Shown here: positions 12,735-25,677 of the stretch, one piece after another
How the letters are laid out: the number at the start of each line of letters is the position of its first letter
How positions within the stretch are numbered: the stretch's first letter is position 1
Source of the DNA: Utricularia gibba
Lineage: Eukaryota; Plantae; Magnoliophyta
Reading direction: 5' to 3'
DNA: 64,000 nucleotides
NCBI GenBank assembly: GCA_002189035.1
Contig: NEEC01000011.1
Span: forward strand, 992,001-1,056,000
Notes under the pieces: model-generated
Told to the model about the DNA's origin: nothing
Databases searched by the model: none
The model's input: only the letters and a program-made list of their open reading frames with translations
Position numbers and translations under genes: made by a program

Positions 12735-13625
12735 TAATTTTCTAGGGACATAAGCTATCACCTCCTATTTCTATATCAGCACATATCCCAACCTTGCTTG
12801 GAGGCATCACTATAAACAGTAAAATTTTCCTCTTCAAGTGAAAAGACAAAATTGGTGTGTCGTAAGCTTCAGAGTTAAGTTAGTTAATGGTTGGGTTATT
12901 TTAGAAAATCCTTCTTCAAATTTTTATAATAACCAGCTAAAGCAAGAAAACTTCTAATTTGGTTTTGGCCATTGAGAAACAGCTTCTAACTTTCCAGGAT
13001 CCACTATAATACCTTCTTCTAAAACCACATGACCAAGGAAACTGATTTTATTTAAACAAAACTCACATTTACTAAACTTAAGCATATAGCTCTTTTTCTC
13101 TCATCAATCCCAACACTAACCTTAAGTGTTCTGCACGTGCTTTTTATCTGGAGAGTAAACTAAAATGTGATCTATAAACGCCACCACAAACTTGTCCAAA
13201 AAGGGTTGAAATATTTCGTTCAACAGATCCATATATACTATCAGAGCATTAGATCAACCGACAGGAGCTACTGTGCATTCATAGTGGTCTTATCATGTTC
13301 TGAAAGCTATTTTACGTGTATCATTATGCTTTGCTCTCAATTGATGATAACTTGATCATGTTCTGAAAGCTATTTTCCGCCTTGAAGTTGATCAAACAAG
13401 TTATCTATCCCTGGTAAAGGATATTTATTTTTTATGGTAGGTTTATTAGATCATTGTAATCATAACACAATCGCAAAGTTCCATCTTTTTTCTTCACAAC
13501 TGGCATCGGTGCGCCCAAGGTGAGATGCTCGATTTAATGTATGCTTTGTCCAATAAATCCTATACTGAATTTTGGTTCCATCATTTTTTGTGGAGCCATC
13601 CTATAAAGAGCCTTAGCTACTTCTT
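12735..13625 (-). pseudogene. pol: Highly decayed Tekay/Del-type Ty3/gypsy RT-RNase H
   Basis: Manual translation across frameshifts: [103 protein letters not shown]. Confidence 0.85.
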
Positions 13626-14227
13626 TGATGTGACCCTCTAATTTATGGAGATTAGCAACCCTTGAACAAGAGGTGATTTTGAAACATAAAAGAGAATCCA
13701 CCCAAGTCTACCCTCAAGAGAATGAATCTCTTACAACCAGACTTCGAAACAAAGAAAATTAGGAGCCACACTTCAGAAAAGAGAGAGGAATTGGAAGTGA
13801 TAATCCTAGGACGCCACAAGCTCAAGGCTTGATAAGTTAAGAGTGTTCAAGCACTCAAAGAAGAGGAGGATCCTCACATACATCAAAATGACTAAAGATC
13901 TTGAAAGAGTACATCTCTAGAGTATTTATACTCTAGGATTGAGCTCTAACATTACTTGGCTCAAACTAAATAAAATAGAAAAGTCTAACAAGCCCATTGC
14001 TCTAAGGTAAATCTAACTTCAAGTAGTTGAGCTCTTTTGATGGGATGTCTTCAAGCCCATGTTTGATTCCAATTTTATTGAGTAGAGCGTTAAGTGTATC
14101 TTCAAGCATTTTGCTCTTGTTTCTAGTCATTGGTCCTGGTGGAATCATCTTTGTTTCTAATGTGTTCACTTGGACAAACTCCTCATCATTCTTTAAATAC
14201 ACTTCATTATTTTCTTGGGGCTTATCA
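13626..14227 (-). repeat. CRM-1a 3' LTR (~602 bp)
   Basis: Preceded by PPT; TGATAAG...CACATCA; the integrase tail ORF 14002-14322 reads through the PPT into the LTR (GPMTRNKSK). Confidence 0.92.
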
Positions 14228-14368
14228 TCCCCCTTCTTTAGGAAGATTCGTCCCTGAATCTGTATCCATTTCGAAAGGAGACAAATCAGCAACATTGAAA
14301 GTTGAATAAACACAATATTCACCTGGTAAATCTAGCTTGTATGCATTGTCATTCACGCGCTCAACAAC

Positions 14369-15682
14369 TTAGAAAGGGCGATCTCCACGAGGTAGAAGTT
14401 TGGACTTCCTTTTGGTAGAGAATCTCTCCTTCCTGAGATGAAGCCAAATCCAATCGCTAGGTTCGAATACAACTTTGCGTCTCCCTTTATTTGCTGTTGA
14501 TGCATATTTTGCATTGTTGCATTCAATCTCTTGTTTCACCTTTTCATGCAATCTTCTGATTGCTTCAACTCTCTTCTTGCCATCTAAACTAACTTTCTCA
14601 TCACAAGGCAAAGGTAACATATCCAAAGGTGTAAGAGGATTAAAACCATAAACCACTTCAAATGGAGATAATTTAGTAGTGAGATACATGGTTCTATTGT
14701 AAGCAAACTCAACAAGTTGCAACCATTCCTCCCAAGTCTTAAGATTTGATTTAATCATAATCCTAATTAAGGTAGAAAGTGTGCGCTTAGTTACCTTAAT
14801 TTGCCCATCGGTTTGAGGGTGACATGTTGTTGAGTACAACAGCTTAGTGCCAAGTTCACTCCAAAGAACTCTCCAAAAGTGACTTAGAAACCTTGCATCT
14901 CGATCAGAGACAATAGTTAGGGGCATACCGTGAAGTCTAACAACTTCCCTAAAGTAGATATCAGCCACATGAGATGCATCATCAGTTTTATGGCAAGGAA
15001 TAAAGTGTGCCATCTTTGAAAACCTGTCCACAATAATAAAAATTGAATCTCTACCCCTATGGGTATGAGGTAAGCCTAAAACAAAGTTCATAGAAATATC
15101 CACCCATGGTTGGGAAGGATTAGGGAGTGGAGTATACAAACCATTAGGGGCAATGGTTGATTTAGCTTTCCTACAAGAAATACATCTATCACAAATTCTT
15201 TCAACATCCCTTCTCATGTGTGGCCAAAATAAATGTTGGGTGAGAGTATCAACAGTCTTTTTAACACCAAAATGTCTCATTAGTCCCCTACCATGAGCTT
15301 CTCTGACAATCAAATCACGTATGGAGCAAAAAGGAATGCACAACCTATCTTTCCTATAAATAAAACCATCTTTCTTAAATAATAGTCCAAATGGAGCAAG
15401 TTCACATGTCTTATAAATGTCCCCAAAATCGTGATCATGAGCATATAAGTGAATGATAGAAGCAAATCCAAGAATTCTTGCATCAAGATTGACTAAAAGA
15501 GTGTACCTTCGAGATAAAGCATCAGCAACCACATTCTCCTTACCTTTCTTGTATTTGATCACATATGAGAATGTGTCAATGAATTCCACCCACTTAGCAT
15601 GTCTTCTATTTAACTTTCCTTGAGCCTTCAACTGTTTGAGAGACTGATGATCAGTGTGTATCACGAACTCCTTAGGCCACAA
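14369..15682 (-). CDS. pol: CRM integrase (HHCC and catalytic core), 437 aa open
   Basis: [59 protein letters not shown]. Confidence 0.9.
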   Translation of the reverse strand: MWPKEFVIHTDHQSLKQLKAQGKLNRRHAKWVEFIDTFSYVIKYKKGKENVVADALSRRYTLLVNLDARILGFASIIHLYAHDHDFGDIYKTCELAPFGLLFKKDGFIYRKDRLCIPFCSIRDLIVREAHGRGLMRHFGVKKTVDTLTQHLFWPHMRRDVERICDRCISCRKAKSTIAPNGLYTPLPNPSQPWVDISMNFVLGLPHTHRGRDSIFIIVDRFSKMAHFIPCHKTDDASHVADIYFREVVRLHGMPLTIVSDRDARFLSHFWRVLWSELGTKLLYSTTCHPQTDGQIKVTKRTLSTLIRIMIKSNLKTWEEWLQLVEFAYNRTMYLTTKLSPFEVVYGFNPLTPLDMLPLPCDEKVSLDGKKRVEAIRRLHEKVKQEIECNNAKYASTANKGRRKVVFEPSDWIWLHLRKERFSTKRKSKLLPRGDRPF

Positions 15683-17729
15683 GTAGTGCTGCCATGTCTC
15701 TAAAGGTCAAACCAATGCATACAACTCTTTGTCATATGTTGGATAGTTGAGGGTGTCACCATGAAGCTTCTCACTAAAATAAGCAATTAGACATCCATTT
15801 TGCATCAATACACCACCAATGCCTAAACCTGATGCATCACATTCAATTTCAAAAGTATCAGAAAAATTTGGAAGTGCTAGGAGAGGTGTTGAGCAAAGCT
15901 TATCCTTGAGTTGTTTGAAAGCATGTTCCTGCTCATCTCCCCAATGAAATGCATGATTTTTCTTGATCAATTTATTGAGGGGTGCTGGTATAGAGCTGAA
16001 GTCCTTAACAAACTGTCTATAGAAACTTGCTAAACCATTAAAACTCCTAATTTCACCAACTGATGTAGGTGTTGACCATTCCTTGATTGGTCTCACTTTC
16101 TCTTCATCTACAACTACTCCTGCATCACTTACAATATATCCAAGAAAAGAGACACTATTTGTGCAGAAGACACACTTCTTAATGTTGGCAAACAACTTCT
16201 ATTTTCTAAGAGTATCTAACACATCTTTTAAATGCCCTACATGTTCCTCAATACTCTTACTATATATCAGAATATCATCAAAATAAACAACAACAAATCT
16301 ACCTATAAAAGGCCTAAGAACGTGATTCATCAATCTCATAAAGGTGATAGGAGCATTAGTTAATCCAAAAGGCATAACAACCCACTCATACAAACCAAAC
16401 TTAGTTTTAAAAGCCGTTTTTCACTCATCACCTTCCTTCATTCTAATCTGATGATATCCACGTCTCAAATCAATCTTACTAAAAACACTAGCACCATGCA
16501 ATTCATCAAGCATATCCTCAAGTCTAGGGATAGGATGGCTATACTTGATTGTGATGTTGTTGATGGCGCGACAATCTGTGCACATTCGCCAAGTTCCATC
16601 ACACTTTGGAACCAATAACACCGGCACAGAGCATGGGCTCATGCTCTCACGCACAAATCCTTAGACATCAGTTCCTCAACTTGCTTTTGTATTTCCTTCG
16701 TCTCCTCTGGATTGGTTCAGTATGCTGGTCGGTTTGGGAGTTGTGCTCTAGGCACAAAGTCAATTTGATGCTTAATCCCTCTAAGGGAGGTAGGCCATGA
16801 AGTTCTTCTGGAAATACATCTGCATATACCTGTAAGATAGATACAATACAAGATGAAATAGGTGAATCATTGTTAGGGAAAGTAAGAACTTCATCCTTGT
16901 ACATAAGTAGAAGAAATGGTTGCCTAGCATGAAGTGAGTGTCTAATCTCACTTGGCCTTGCTAATAGACTCTCATTCTTTCTCTCAATTTCTAAAACACT
17001 CATGTTTCCACTTTCTGTTTTGCACTCATTGTCATCCCTTTTTTCACTCAAGTCTTTCCCATCTCTTCTTTTCTCTCCACTTTTTCGAATCTTTTTTTCA
17101 CTCATTTTCACTCCACTCATCTCTTCTCCCTTAGGAACGACCTCCTTGTGCTTTCCATTAGCACTATGCAGGGCTCTAGCATCACTCAGGATTCTGACTT
17201 GATCTTCATTTGCCTCCTTTGGAGATAATGGAGCAAGTGTGATGGAATGTCCATTATGATGGGAGGAATACTTGTTCTTGAAACCATCATGAAATGCTCT
17301 TCTATCATATTCCCATGGCCTCCCAAGAAGAATATGGCTTGCATGCATAGGGACAACATCACATAGGACTTCATCTTCATATCTCCCTATGGAAAACGTC
17401 ACAAGCACTTGTTTGGTAACCTTTACTTCACTTCCTTCATTGAACCACTGCAAATTGTAAGGCTTAGGGTGCCTCACGGTTGGTATTTCCAATTTCTCCA
17501 CCAAGATGTTGCTAGCAACATTAGTACAACTACCTCCATCAATAATCAGGCTGCAAACTTTCTCATTAACAAAGCACCGTGTTTGAAACAAGTTTTCCCT
17601 TTGCTCATCATTATCCTTCACTCCAACGTTAAGTGTTCTTCGAGTGACTAAGACTTATGCAATTCATCCTCATCACTCAATTCAGATTCTGTCTCCACCA
17701 GATCATCCTCATCTTAACTAACCACTTCT

Positions 17730-18976
17730 CTATTGCCTCTTATCACGTTTATTTGGACATTCAGAAGCAATATTTCCATGCCCCAAGCATTTGAAATATT
17801 TTATGTTCCTTGTTGTGCCCTTTGGAGGTGGTAGTCGCTCCCCATGCTTGGAACTTGATGGGATGTCGAATTTCAAGTTTTCTGTGGATAACTTCCCCTT
17901 ATTTCGCTCCAATAACTCTTTGGTGCCTCCAAATCTCGAACCAGGAGGTCTCTTGTTGAAATCTCGAGCAAAGCTCTTGATAGAGAGTTGTTTCTCAACT
18001 TTTGTGACCATATAAATCATGTACTCCAACTCAATGTAGTGATGAAGCTCCACAATATTTGCAATCTCCTTATTCATCCCATGAAGAAACCTAGCCATAC
18101 TTGCTTCCCTATATTCATGCACATTGGCTCTAATCATCAAGATCTCCATTTCCTGCCAATATTCCTCCATTGACCTTGAGCCCTGTTTTAGATTCTGTAA
18201 ACGTTGATAAACATCTCTTTGGTAGTGGTTTGGAACAAATCGCCTCCTCATAACTCTTTTCATCTCATCCCAATTATGAATTGGATCTTCAGAGTCAATC
18301 CTTCTTTTAGCAACCAATTGATCCCACCAAATTACAGCATAGTCACGAAATTCCATGGAGGCCAATCTGATTTTCTTTTCTTCAGAGAAGTTGTTGCAAT
18401 CAAACACATGTTCTACTCTTGTTTCCCATTGGAGATATGCATCTGGATCATTCTTTCCTTGATATTGAGGTATCTTCATCTTGATGTTGTTAAGATCCTT
18501 TCCAATTCTTCCTCCATCTCTTCTGCCTCCCTGATCTCGAAATCTTCTTGTACAAAATCATTTTCATCATGTTCAAGGTAGTCATCTTCTTCATCAGTAT
18601 TCAGGATTCGATCTCTTCTTCCAACAATCCTTCCACTTTGTTGATCACTTAAGTCATGTTCAGTGTTGATGCGTTGATGCATTTGAATGCCTCGACCCCT
18701 TCCAGCAGCATAATTATCTTGTCTTCGTGGTCTTGCAACATTTTGCAATGAATTTTCGTGTTCATCAAGCCTGACATTTATGTTTTCCAGAATGCGATGC
18801 AATCTTGTGAATTCCTGTTGCATAGCTTTCAAAGTGAACCTCTCATCCGGTGAGTCATCCTTTTCATGCTCACTTCTGGAATTTGACATCCTAAATACAG
18901 GACAAAAGAAAACGAGCAGCAAGGAAGAAAAGAGACTAAACAAAAAGAACAAAGAAACACACACAAGGTTTACCAC
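17730..18976 (-). pseudogene. gag: CRM gag, copy B, split by a 10-bp deletion into an N-terminal ORF and a MKIP-core ORF
   Basis: ORFs 18476-18976 and 17730-18479 overlap at ATGA; deletion at ~18551 relative to copy A 2611-2620. Confidence 0.88.
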
Positions 18977-19558
18977 TCATTCCTCAAACTTCAAATCCTT
19001 GATGCACTCCATAACATCATCATGCTTTACCTCATGGCACCTCAAGAATTAATCACTTCCAGATTGATATTGATTATGGTATTATGATGGAGTTAGGGTG
19101 TGGGTAGCAGTCTTAATAGTCTGAAGATGGTCACAAAGGGAAGTGTTTAAATGAAATTGGTTGCTTGTTGGAGTATATAAATAGGAGGGATGGACAACAA
19201 GGTAAGAACAGATAAAATCAGAGAATAGTGCACTACACACGAAATGTGTTGCGTGCTAAATTGTAGAAATACAATAACCAAATAGAATAGTCGAATGGAA
19301 AGGTGGGGACACGTAAATGACAGGGGATGGGAATTGAAGATAAGAAAAAACAACAATAAAGTGGTTGCTTGGTGGAATGGGAAAAGTAGAGAGGTGGGTC
19401 ACAATTAAACATACACAATAATGGATGATAGTGATGGTGATGGATGTTCACCTTCACACTCCTTTGGAAATAATGGACCAAGTGTGATGGAGTGTCCATT
19501 ATGATTGAAGGAATACTTGTTCTTGAAACCATCATGAAATGCTCTTCTATCATATTCC

Positions 19559-20161
19559 CGATTAGTCCCAAGAAGATAATGAAGTGTATTTGAAGAATGA
19601 TGAAGAGTTTGTCCAAGTGAACACATTAGAAACAAAGATGATTCCACCAAGACCAATGACCAGGAACAAGACAAAGATAGTTGAAGATACACTTAAGGGT
19701 CTACTCAATACCATTGGTATCTAACATGGGCTTGAAGATATCCCTTCAAAAGAGCTCATCTACTTGAAGGTGGATTTACCTTAGAGCATTGGGCTTGTTA
19801 GACTTTTCTATTTCATTTAATTTGGGCTATATAATGTTAGAGATCAATCCTATAGTATAAATACTCTAGAGATGTACTATTTCAGGACTTTTAGTCATTT
19901 GATTTATGTTGTGAGGATTCTCCTCTTGTTTGAGTGCTTGAACACTCTAGATTATCAAGCTTCGAGCTTGTGGTGTCTTAGAATTATCATTTCCAATTCC
20001 AACTCTTTCTGAAGTGTGGCTCCTAAATTTCTCTTCTTTTTAAAGTCTGATTGCAAGAGATTGATTCTCTTGAGGGTAGACTTGGGTGGGTTCCTTTCTA
20101 AGCTTCAAGGTCACCTTTTGTTCGTGGGTTTCTAATCTCTATACATTAGAGGGTCACATCA
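19559..20161 (+). repeat. CRM-1a LTR, isolated, no TSD
   Basis: (T)GATTAG...CACATCA; no PPT before and no PBS after; flanks ATTCC/ACTCT differ. Confidence 0.88.
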
Positions 20162-20827
20162 ACTCTCCTTTCCCTGCCTTTTGAAGTTCTCGAGAGATTC
20201 ATTATATTCCTCTAGTTTCATATGGATTTGGTCTATATATCTCTGCAATCACCTGAACCTACATCAATACCACCCGACTCTTCATTGGGGTCGTTAGAGT
20301 TTCACATCCTATTAACAAGTGAAGAGTATACACGAAAAAAGAAAAAGAAATAGAACCATGATATAAAAGATAGAAGAAAGAGAAAGAACGAATTTCCAAA
20401 CCTCAAATCCTCTTTAACTTCAAGACTCAAGCTTTAACTGATCAATTATAGTGTGATTTAGAGAGATAAGAGTGACAGAGGTAATGAATTAGATAGAGGA
20501 AAGAGGATAAATGAAATCAACGATAAGTAAGAGAGCAGTAAAGGAATGCTTGACCAATACTTATGGTGGTGAGGTATGGTGAGAGGTAATAGACAATTGG
20601 AAGTTGAAACAACGGTTACTTCTGTCAATAGAAAGAGTGGTTAGATGCAACTGACAATGACACGAAAATATAAGGATTCCTTGTTCAAATGGATAAGAGG
20701 ATGGTCCTTCACATTTGAAAATTGGATTGTTTTCTACATTGGAAATGACTTTTCCTTTATTTTGGTAATAGTAGGCAAATGAGAAGAGTAGTATGCAACA
20801 AGTAAAAATAAGGATCCTCCCCGCCCC

Positions 20828-20858
<31 letters not shown>

Positions 20859-21517
20859 ACAAAAGATAAATGAGCAAACCAAGAAGGATTTCGATTTTTT
20901 TTTCCTTTTTTGTTTTGGAACCAATCAACAAGAATGATAGATACAATATAAAAAAGAGAGAGATTGGCTGTTATACAATCTGTTACCATCCTTCAAACAA
21001 CAATTAATTGACAAACCAAATCTCAGGTTCAAATGAAGTAATCCTTCATGAAAAAAAGAAGTTAACGCTCATGTAATGAAAATCCATACAACCCAAACTA
21101 TGATAATAGTGCAACACTCACAGAGCAAGAAAGAAAATGGAAGTAATAAATCTAAATATATATAAGAACTTAAAGAAAAAGCATTGCTCTAAAAAAAAAT
21201 TACAATCAAAATTGTTCCTAAACAAGATTGAGGCGCTTTTTATATGGGTAGAAAAATGGGTCTAATAAAATAAAAGTACTACTAGTAAACTAATAAGTTA
21301 TAGTCTATCAACTTAATCCAACCTGAATAAATTAACTTAATCCAACTTAAAACTATAAATTTCATGGTTTTTCTAATTGATCCATAAGACCTTGAGTTCT
21401 TGTTTCTTTCGTGCTCTTTATCTTGTGAGTGGCTCAAGTGAAATGATTGGAGGAGGATTGATATCCTTCTTTCCCTCATCTTCATTTTCTTTATCTGTGG
21501 CATCCATGATCTCATCA
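20162..21517 (-). mobile_element. CRM-2 family 5' end: 5' LTR (~20990-21517), degenerate PBS, UTR, gag N-terminus
   Basis: LTR starts TGATGAGATCATGG and encodes DEIMDATD..PPPIISLEPLTR*RARKKQE; TGGTAACAGA at 20979-20988; gag LQRYIDQIHMKLEEYNESLENF resembles CRM-1 LHRILENINVRLDEHENSLQN. Confidence 0.75.
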
Positions 21518-21669
21518 TTTCGAGATCATCTACTTCAAATACTCAAAGCCAATCACTGGATAATCATTAATAGTAGCAAGAACACCCTTGGATTATTGAT
21601 TAAATAATTTTGAAACACAAGTTTCAAGGTAGAATCATCTAAGACATTCTAAATGATGAGTATGTCATC

Positions 21670-21835
21670 GATTTGGTCAGATTCATAAAGATTGGAAATC
21701 AGCGAAGAATTCGCATACGATTTGGAGAAAGAAAGCCTCTGAGTTTTGAGGAGGCAGGCTCTGATCCAAAATGGACAAAGGCTATGAACGAGAAATTGAA
21801 TCAATCGAAAGGAATGGTGATCGTGAAAATGAGAG
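21670..21835 (+). pseudogene. Small copia linker/RT-start fragment
   Basis: KPLSFEEAGSDPKWTKAM(N)E..ESIERN. Confidence 0.55.
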
Positions 21836-21839
21836 TAAT

Positions 21840-22139
21840 TGTAATGACCGCGCACACCTAGCACGATATTGTCCGCTTTGGACACCCAACCCTCACGGTT
21901 TTACGTTTTCCCCACATACCGTCCGACATCCAAGGAGGTCATCCATCCTCACATTACCCCAGGGCAAGCATGCTTAACTCTGGAGTTATTTTGAAGGATC
22001 CTCCGCCGTGCTGGGGAAAAGGACTCGTGCTAGATTTGCGTGGTGTCCCCTCTTAATATCATCCTATCCCCGTCCGTGATCGATGTGGGATTTGCCCAAG
22101 GCCCTTCCCCTCGACTCTTCCGCGAGGCGGGACGTCACA
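21840..22139 (-). mobile_element. Cassandra TRIM LTR (300 bp), isolated
   Basis: TGT...ACA termini; internal 5S rRNA-like segment; CCCACATCG motif near the LTR start; no PBS, PPT or TSD. Confidence 0.88.
21925..22001 (-). promoter_or_regulatory. 5S rRNA-derived Pol III promoter inside Cassandra LTR
   Basis: Minus strand GGATCC..AACTCCAGAGTTAAGCATGCTTGC..GGATGGATGACCTCCTTGGATGTC matches plant 5S box A (AGTTAAGCGTGC) and box C (GGATGGGTGACCTCC). Confidence 0.85.
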
Positions 22140-22319
22140 GTTCGGTGCGTTTAATGAAGATAAAGAAGGACAATGATTTTTTACTTGGAAATGGCTGCCA
22201 CTGACAGGTCCTGGCAGTTATCGGTTTGTCGGCCAGCACATGAGCGTCAGAACGTCCTTTTGCTACTTTCAAGGACCAAGTAGCTTGATCCGATTTGTAC
22301 CCCATCACGTTGGAAGAAC

Positions 22320-22940
22320 GTACATGTCACTTACATGAAGTTTCGCTTGTTTTGAAAAAAGAGTGCCTGTATGCTAATATTAAGAAATTTGACGCTTGCA
22401 CAAAGAAAGTCTCTTTTCTTGGCACATTTTGAGTGATGCAGAAATTTCAACGGATGAAGAAAATGTGAAGGCAATCATGGATTGGCCATTTCCTACCACA
22501 GTTGGAGAAGTTCGCAACTTCCATGGATTGGCTTTCTTTTACTATCAGTTTGTCAAAAATTTTAACACTCTTGCTACACTATTGAATGAGATGATAAAAA
22601 AGAATGTTCAATTATGCTGGGGAGAAGCACAAAAGATTTCTTTCAAGCTACCTAAGAATAAGCTTATCTCAGCTCGTTTGCTTACATTGCCTGATTTTTC
22701 AAAAACATTTAAAAATGAATATGATGCTTATGGAATTTGAATAGGACCTGTTCTGATGCAAGAAGGACAACCCATTGTATACTTTAATGAAAAGATAGGT
22801 GGAGCAACACTCAATTACCAAACTTAAGATAAGAAATTGTACTCATTGATAAGAGCTTTAAAAACTTGGAAATATTATTTGTGGTACAAGGAGTTTCTAA
22901 TCCACAATGACTTTGAGAGTTTCAAGCACGTGAAAAGTCA
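22320..22940 (+). pseudogene. pol: CRM RT/RNase H fragment
   Basis: LYANIKK..KKVSFLG, WPFPTTVGEVRNFHGLA, LPDFSKTF..EYDAYGIG. Confidence 0.85.
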
Positions 22941-23229
22941 TTGATGCACATTTTTAAGTCATAAAAAACCTTCAGTATAGGTTTCGTTACATTTTCAAAA
23001 GCAAATATTTCGAAGCAAGAGACATTCAAAGCTTTCACTAAGAGGAGATGCACATTTTCAAGTGATTGATGGACCATAATTTCTTAGTTCACCTGTATTA
23101 ATTTTATTTTGAATAGACTCATTTGTCTACCTATATCAGAAGAGGCTAGCTCTTATATAGGGACAACTTTAATTGTAATGTATTTTAAAAGTAATGCTCT
23201 GTCTTTTTTTATATTTAGCTCACTTAATG

Positions 23230-23429
23230 TTTCGTACCAATAAGTCTGCGTGAACTATGAGATAAAATGAGCCTGTTTTGGGTTACTTGGTTTGGATATA
23301 AGTACATTACTTTTCTTCTCGTTCTATTATGTGATTTTATCATGTGTTGGTTTTCCACGAAAACAAATCCTGACCTTAAAGGAATATGAGTAGGTGGGTC
23401 ATTCGATCGTGTCATTGTGGTATCAAAAC
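23230..23429 (+). repeat. Probable LTR 3' end and degenerate PBS-Met of an unassigned gypsy element
   Basis: ...GATCGTGTCA-TTG-TGGTATCAAAAC at 23418-23429. Confidence 0.45.
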
Positions 23430-23829
23430 AAGGTCAGGCCAAGGATGGTGTAGAGTTCAAAAGGAACTGCAACAGGGAACTCTGAGAACTATCAATTGGG
23501 CCTGAAGATGGTGTGACTTGGTTACTTAAGTTAGACAACTTGATATCAATTCTAAAAGGCCTTATATGATATCTGAGAACTATCAATTTCCACACGTCCA
23601 GGGGTGGGTCACGGAAGCGGCATTTGTGCGATTTGTGCAGGGTGGCAGACTATGATGCCGTATCCTAAAAAATTTCAAGAGTGTAGTTGATGTGGTGCTA
23701 AAATGCACTGCAAGAGATAAGGTCAGGAATTCAGGAATTCAGTTGATGTAGTTGATGTTGAGCTACACTAGCTAGTCGACGCCACTCCTGATGAGATCAG
23801 GAATTCAGATGCAGGAAATAAGCTCACTA

Positions 23830-23970
23830 ATCTTCTGGAAATTTTGCTTGGGCTAATGACTAAATCAAAAGTAAGAAAAAATCAAGAGGTTTTGAAGCGA
23901 TTATGGCTCAATCAAGAAAACAATGAATCATATAATATTGAGTTCAACATACTCAAAAAATAGCAAGTAG
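23830..23970 (+). repeat. CRM-2 LTR fragment
   Basis: Encodes GLMTKSKVRKNQEVLKRLW..EFNILK, matching the CRM-2 LTR at 43565 and 44424. Confidence 0.6.
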
Positions 23971-24069
23971 TTGAACCATGAATCTGTTGATGCAAAAAAG
24001 ATAGGGTCTTTCTTGATGAAAGCTTTCAATATCTCTTGCTTGGAAGCCTTTCCTTTCGAAAATGTATTC

Positions 24070-24980
24070 AAACGTAATCTCCTTGTTGTAGAGTAATATC
24101 ACAGAAAAAGACAATAGCTTGACCTACTTGCATGAGAACAGCACCTATTCCCACTCCAGAACCATCATATTCAATTTCAAATGTGTTAAACAAATTAGGT
24201 AATGCAAGTAAAGGAGCTGAGCTAAGCTTATCTTTAAATGTCTTGAAAGCATGTTCTTGTGATTCTCCCACCAAAATTGTACATTTTTCCTCACAAGCTC
24301 ATTCAAAGGTGCAGCAATTGTGCTGAAATCCTTGAGAAAACGACAGTAGAAGCTAGCCAATCGATGGAAACTGCGTACTTCTCCAACTGTGGTAGGGGTT
24401 GGCCATTCTTTAATTGATTTCACCTTTTCTTCATCTACTAAAATTCTTGCATCACTTACAATATAGCCATGAAAAGAGATTTAGTGCAAAACTCGCACTT
24501 TTTGATATTAGCATACAAAGACTCTTTTCTGAAGACAAACAACACCTCATGTAAATGACATGTATGCGCAGCCAGTCTCTTGCTATACATAAGAATATCA
24601 TCAAAGTAAACAACAACAAATCTAACGAAAAAGGGTTGCAATACATGATTTATCAACCTCATGAAAGTACTAAGTGCATTAGTCAATCCAAAAGTCATAA
24701 CAACCCATTCATATAAACGAAACTTAGTATTGAAAGCAGACTTCCATTTATTACTCTTTCTCATCAGAATTTGATGATATCCACTACACAAATCAATCTT
24801 AGATAAAATGCATGATCCATGTAATTCATCAAACATATAATCAAGCCTAGGTATAGGGTAACTGTACTTAACCGTCATTTGGTTGATGGCTCGACAATCA
24901 GTGCACATTCTCCATGTTCAATCATGTTTTGGCACCAATAATACTAGAACTGAGCATGGATTCACACTTTTCCCTCACCA
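24070..24980 (-). pseudogene. pol: CRM RT/RNase H fragment
   Basis: [51 protein letters not shown]. Confidence 0.88.
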
Positions 24981-24982
24981 AC

Positions 24983-25538
24983 TGATGTGACCCCCTAATC
25001 TAACGAGATTAACGACCCAGAAACAAGAGATGATTTTGAAGCTTACAAAGAAACCCACCCAAGTCTACCCTCAAGCATATTGATTTTGAAGCTTACAAGA
25101 GATGATTTCAAAGTTTGATAACTCAAGAATATTCAAACATTTCAAGAAGAGGAAAATCCTCAGAAAATACATCAAAAAGAATTAAAGGTCCTTCAAATAG
25201 TACATGTTTAGAGTATTTATACTCTATAATCGGGCTACAACATTACAAAACCCAAACTAAATAACAAGAAAAGGACTAGGAAGTTCAAGAACATACATAA
25301 AGAAGGAAGAGATGTTTTGGGCTCTAAGGTAGATGGAGACTCCAATAGTCAAACTCCTTTAAGGAAAATACTTCACACCCAATGTTGATTACATTAGTAT
25401 TGATTAGTGTCTTTAGATTAGCTTCAACCATCTTACTCTTACTTATTGTAATTGGTCCCGGTATAATGATCTTTGTCTCTAATGTGTTCACTTGCACATC
25501 ATTCTCATCATTCCTTAAATATTCTTCATTACTCACCA
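24983..25538 (-). repeat. CRM-1b LTR with small internal deletions
   Basis: Ends CACATCA; encodes GPITISKSKMVEANLKTL..EVFSLKEFDYWSLHLP. Confidence 0.82.
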
Positions 25539-25677
25539 AAAGATTTGATAGCAGCAGCAATCTTAGCTTGGTCTTCATGTGGCTCTTTTAGAGATAAATG
25601 ATTCCTTTCATTGAAAAGGCATACTTGTTAGTATAGTCATTATGGATCACCTTTCTATCATATTTTCAAAGCCTTCC

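Larger units (their letters stand above)
13626..19465 (-). mobile_element. CRM-1 copy B: UTR, gag, PR, RT, RH, INT, PPT, 3' LTR; 5' LTR and PBS missing
   Basis: All pol domains in order in ORFs 16668-17621, 16421-16654, 16199-16393, 15707-16195, 14369-15682; PPT AAGAAGGGGGA 14228-14238. Confidence 0.93.

Noticed and set aside
21925-22001. 5S rRNA gene
   Set aside because: Only the central ~77 nt match; 5S ends and terminator are absent and the segment lies inside a TG..CA LTR
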